From Nitrospirota bacterium (GTDB lineage: Bacteria > Nitrospirota > Nitrospiria > Nitrospirales > Nitrospiraceae): 64,000 nt of DNA. The stretch spans positions 736,001 to 800,000 of the forward strand of contig CAVPBK010000006.1 of assembly GCA_963701855.1 (NCBI GenBank). The letters run 5' to 3'. Both the position numbers and the translations under genes were made by a program. Below, piece after piece: positions 61,588 to 64,000 of the stretch. Each line of letters opens with the position of its first letter. Positions within the stretch are counted from its first letter, which is position 1. The notes under the pieces were generated by a model. It was given only the letters and a program-made list of their open reading frames with translations, did not search any database and was not told the origin of the DNA.

Positions 61588-64000
61588 CTATTTGGCAACG
61601 GGCAGTTCCGGGTCTCCTCCGTCAGCCGGTGCAGCGAGAATACTTGCGCCAGGCCTACAGGCCGATTCCGGGAAGCAGGGGGGGATCTCGCGCGCCACAC
61701 TCTGATTGTCCGATTTCACGTCGGTCTTCGATTCGGCGACGACCGTCTTAGGGAGATACGTCGACATAACGCTGATTACCGGGGGATCGGACGGCTCGTG
61801 AAGGTACCAGGGCACAACTGAATCGAGGTTGAACGAGGGAGTCAATCCAAAGACACCACCAAAAGGATTGTTGCTCGGAGGGACAGGACAGCCGTTGAAG
61901 CAGACGAGTCCGGGCGGCACGTTCAAGAGCGTGAGGGTGTTACCCGGGAGCACGATTCCCGTTAAGAAGGCGGAGATGCCGGCAACAGCGGTCGTGGAGC
62001 GAATGCTCAGCGTGCCGGGATTCACGTTGACCGTCATGGGCGCCGCTTGTGTCCCCACGACCCCGTTGAGGGCCTGCAGCGCCGAGTTTGCGCCGGCCGT
62101 CACGTTCGTTCCCGAACCAGCCGCGCTCAACACTGAGCCTCCTGCGATGACATTCACCCCTCCACCCGTGCTGAGCGATCCCAACGTCACATCCGTTCCC
62201 GCCGTATAGGTGATGGTGCCGCTGCTGGTGGTCGTGGCGGCGGGGGCCATCGTGATCGAACCGGTCGTCGCTGTCACCATGACGGCACCATTCGCCGTGA
62301 GGTTAGCCGATTGGGCCACCGTATTGACTCCGGTCAAGTTAAGGGTTCCGCCTGTCGAGACTACCGGCCCACCTATAGTCAAGTCGTTGGCGCTGATGGC
62401 GATGTTGCCGGACACCGTTGACGCATTCATCGTCAGGGCGTTGGCGTCTGTCAGTGAGACGTTGTTGCCGTTGGTGATGCCGACGGTGCCGAAGTTGTTG
62501 CTCCCGTTGGTCAAGGTGATGTCGTTGGCTCCAGCAGCCAGGGTTGTGATCCCGGCGATCGTGAGTGCACCAGTCTGCGAGATCGTTCCCCCGGCCGTCG
62601 CATTGAGATTTCCGCTTGCCGTCAGGCTCGGGAACGTGATGGGTGCATTGTCGAACGTCAATGTGAGGTTGCGCAGATTCGTCACACCTGCCAAAGCCGG
62701 GATAGTCGCTCCTGCGTTGAGATTGCGCAATCCGATGTCGCGGATGTTGGTCTGGGTGCCGCCGAAGCCCACGGCGCCACCGAAGTTATTGGCCTGCGTG
62801 TCGAGGAGGATGTCGGAGGCGGCAACAGTAGTCACCAACGTGGTTGCCCCGCCGATCGTCAAGGCTCCGGATTGGGTAATCGAGCCACCAGCCGTGGCGC
62901 TGAGATTGCCGCTCGCCGTCAGGCTCGTGAGCGCGATCGGTGCATTATCGAACGTCAGAGTCAGGTTGCGCAGATTCGTGAGTCCCGCGAGAACCGGAAT
63001 GGTGGCTCCGGCATTCACATTGCGTAGCGATACATCTCGGATGTTGGTCTGCGTGCCGCCAAAGACTACGGCACCGCCGAAGTTGTTCGCCTGGGTGTTG
63101 AGCAGGAGATCGGAGTTCGTCGCGGTGCTTGCGAGAGTGGTCGTTCCGGTCACGGTCAATGCGCCGGACTGGGTCAATGTTCCACCAGTGGTCACAGCGA
63201 GATTCCCGCTGACTGAAGAGGCGCCAAGTACCAGCGCAGTACTATCGGTCAGCGTAACATTGTTGCCACTCGTCACTCCCACCGCGCTGAAATTATTTCC
63301 TACATTGGTCAAGGTGATGTCGTTGGCTCCGGCTGTCAACGTGGTTGTGCTGGCGGCGACGATAGCTCCGGTTTGGGTGATGGCTCCTGTCGACATGATG
63401 CTGAAGGTGCCGGTCGATGTCGTGCCGGTATTGGCACTGACCGTACCGATCGTGACGGGACCAGTTTCGGCCAAGGCAATGTTGCCTCCCGCCACGTTCA
63501 CCAGATCGAAATTATTAGCCGGGTTCGTGAGCGTGACGTTGCCGTGCTTGCCGGCCGTGCCGCCTAGATCCGTGATGGTCAAACTCTGTCCCGCATTCAC
63601 ACTCACCGGCGCACTCTGCGTGAGGTTATAGGTGTTCGTCGTGGTCCCAGTAAAGGTGGGCGCTGCGGTGGTTACCGAGACACTGCCGCCGAAGGTATTG
63701 CTCGCGTTGTTGAGATTTATAGCCTGTGGGAGCAGCGGTGCGCCGGCGAAGGCAGCGGTCGTCCCTGTTGTGTTCACCGTGATGTTGCCGGTGCCGGGCA
63801 GGGGCAGCACGTTGAGATTGGTGTCGGCGCCCAACACAAAGACTGAGCTTCCGCCACCGATGGAGGATTGCGTGCCGCCGATGCGCGTCGTGCCCAGGAG
63901 GCTGACGTTCCCTGCCGATGTCAACGTGGCCTCTCCGACAACGGTGAGTGTTTGGCCAACCGGTAGCGTGAGGTCCCCGACCGTTGTGGTCGCGACAAGA
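61588..64000 (-). CDS. large filamentous-haemagglutinin-like beta-helix repeat protein, C-terminal part
   Basis: Thr/Gly/Asn-rich ITLTNxxNNF repeats; frame open to the window edge. Confidence 0.8.
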   Translation of the reverse strand, partial: LVATTTVGDLTLPVGQTLTVVGEATLTSAGNVSLLGTTRIGGTQSSIGGGSSVFVLGADTNLNVLPLPGTGNITVNTTGTTAAFAGAPLLPQAINLNNASNTFGGSVSVTTAAPTFTGTTTNTYNLTQSAPVSVNAGQSLTITDLGGTAGKHGNVTLTNPANNFDLVNVAGGNIALAETGPVTIGTVSANTGTTSTGTFSIMSTGAITQTGAIVAASTTTLTAGANDITLTNVGNNFSAVGVTSGNNVTLTDSTALVLGASSVSGNLAVTTGGTLTQSGALTVTGTTTLASTATNSDLLLNTQANNFGGAVVFGGTQTNIRDVSLRNVNAGATIPVLAGLTNLRNLTLTFDNAPIALTSLTASGNLSATAGGSITQSGALTIGGATTLVTTVAASDILLDTQANNFGGAVGFGGTQTNIRDIGLRNLNAGATIPALAGVTNLRNLTLTFDNAPITFPSLTASGNLNATAGGTISQTGALTIAGITTLAAGANDITLTNGSNNFGTVGITNGNNVSLTDANALTMNASTVSGNIAISANDLTIGGPVVSTGGTLNLTGVNTVAQSANLTANGAVMVTATTGSITMAPAATTTSSGTITYTAGTDVTLGSLSTGGGVNVIAGGSVLSAAGSGTNVTAGANSALQALNGVVGTQAAPMTVNVNPGTLSIRSTTAVAGISAFLTGIVLPGNTLTLLNVPPGLVCFNGCPVPPSNNPFGGVFGLTPSFNLDSVVPWYLHEPSDPPVISVMSTYLPKTVVAESKTDVKSDNQSVAREIPPCFPESACRPGASILAAPADGGDPELPVAK

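Noticed and set aside
62210..63631. 473-aa plus-strand ORF
   Set aside because: Antisense shadow of the repetitive adhesin gene.

Overview
Bacterial chromosome segment of moderately high GC. Gene content and the intergenic repeat families suggest Nitrospira (Nitrospirota); this is an inference, not a database result. Core blocks: pheA-hisC-aroF-tyrA-aroA-cmk-plsC-rpsA-sppA-ihfB; yebC-ruvA-(Cys-rich)-ruvB; an Rrf2-led sulfate assimilation operon (sir::HEPN::TusA, cysH, trpD-like, cysD, cysNC); hup; lpxC; a NarX/NarL-type two-component pair; nrdR-glyA-rplI. Four accessory features stand out. (1) A small integron in reverse configuration at 18.5-20.8 kb, with two complete cassettes (5'-nucleotidase, DUF2971), attI and a dead intI C-terminal stub. 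(2) An ~8.9 kb mosaic island at tRNA-Leu(CAG) with two att scars, two IS3 elements and a Tat-signal biuret/guanylurea-hydrolase-like isochorismatase. (3) An orphan 3' segment of tmRNA. (4) At least four families of MITE-like repeats, many abutting stop codons. About ten single-base frameshifts in otherwise intact genes are probably assembly errors.
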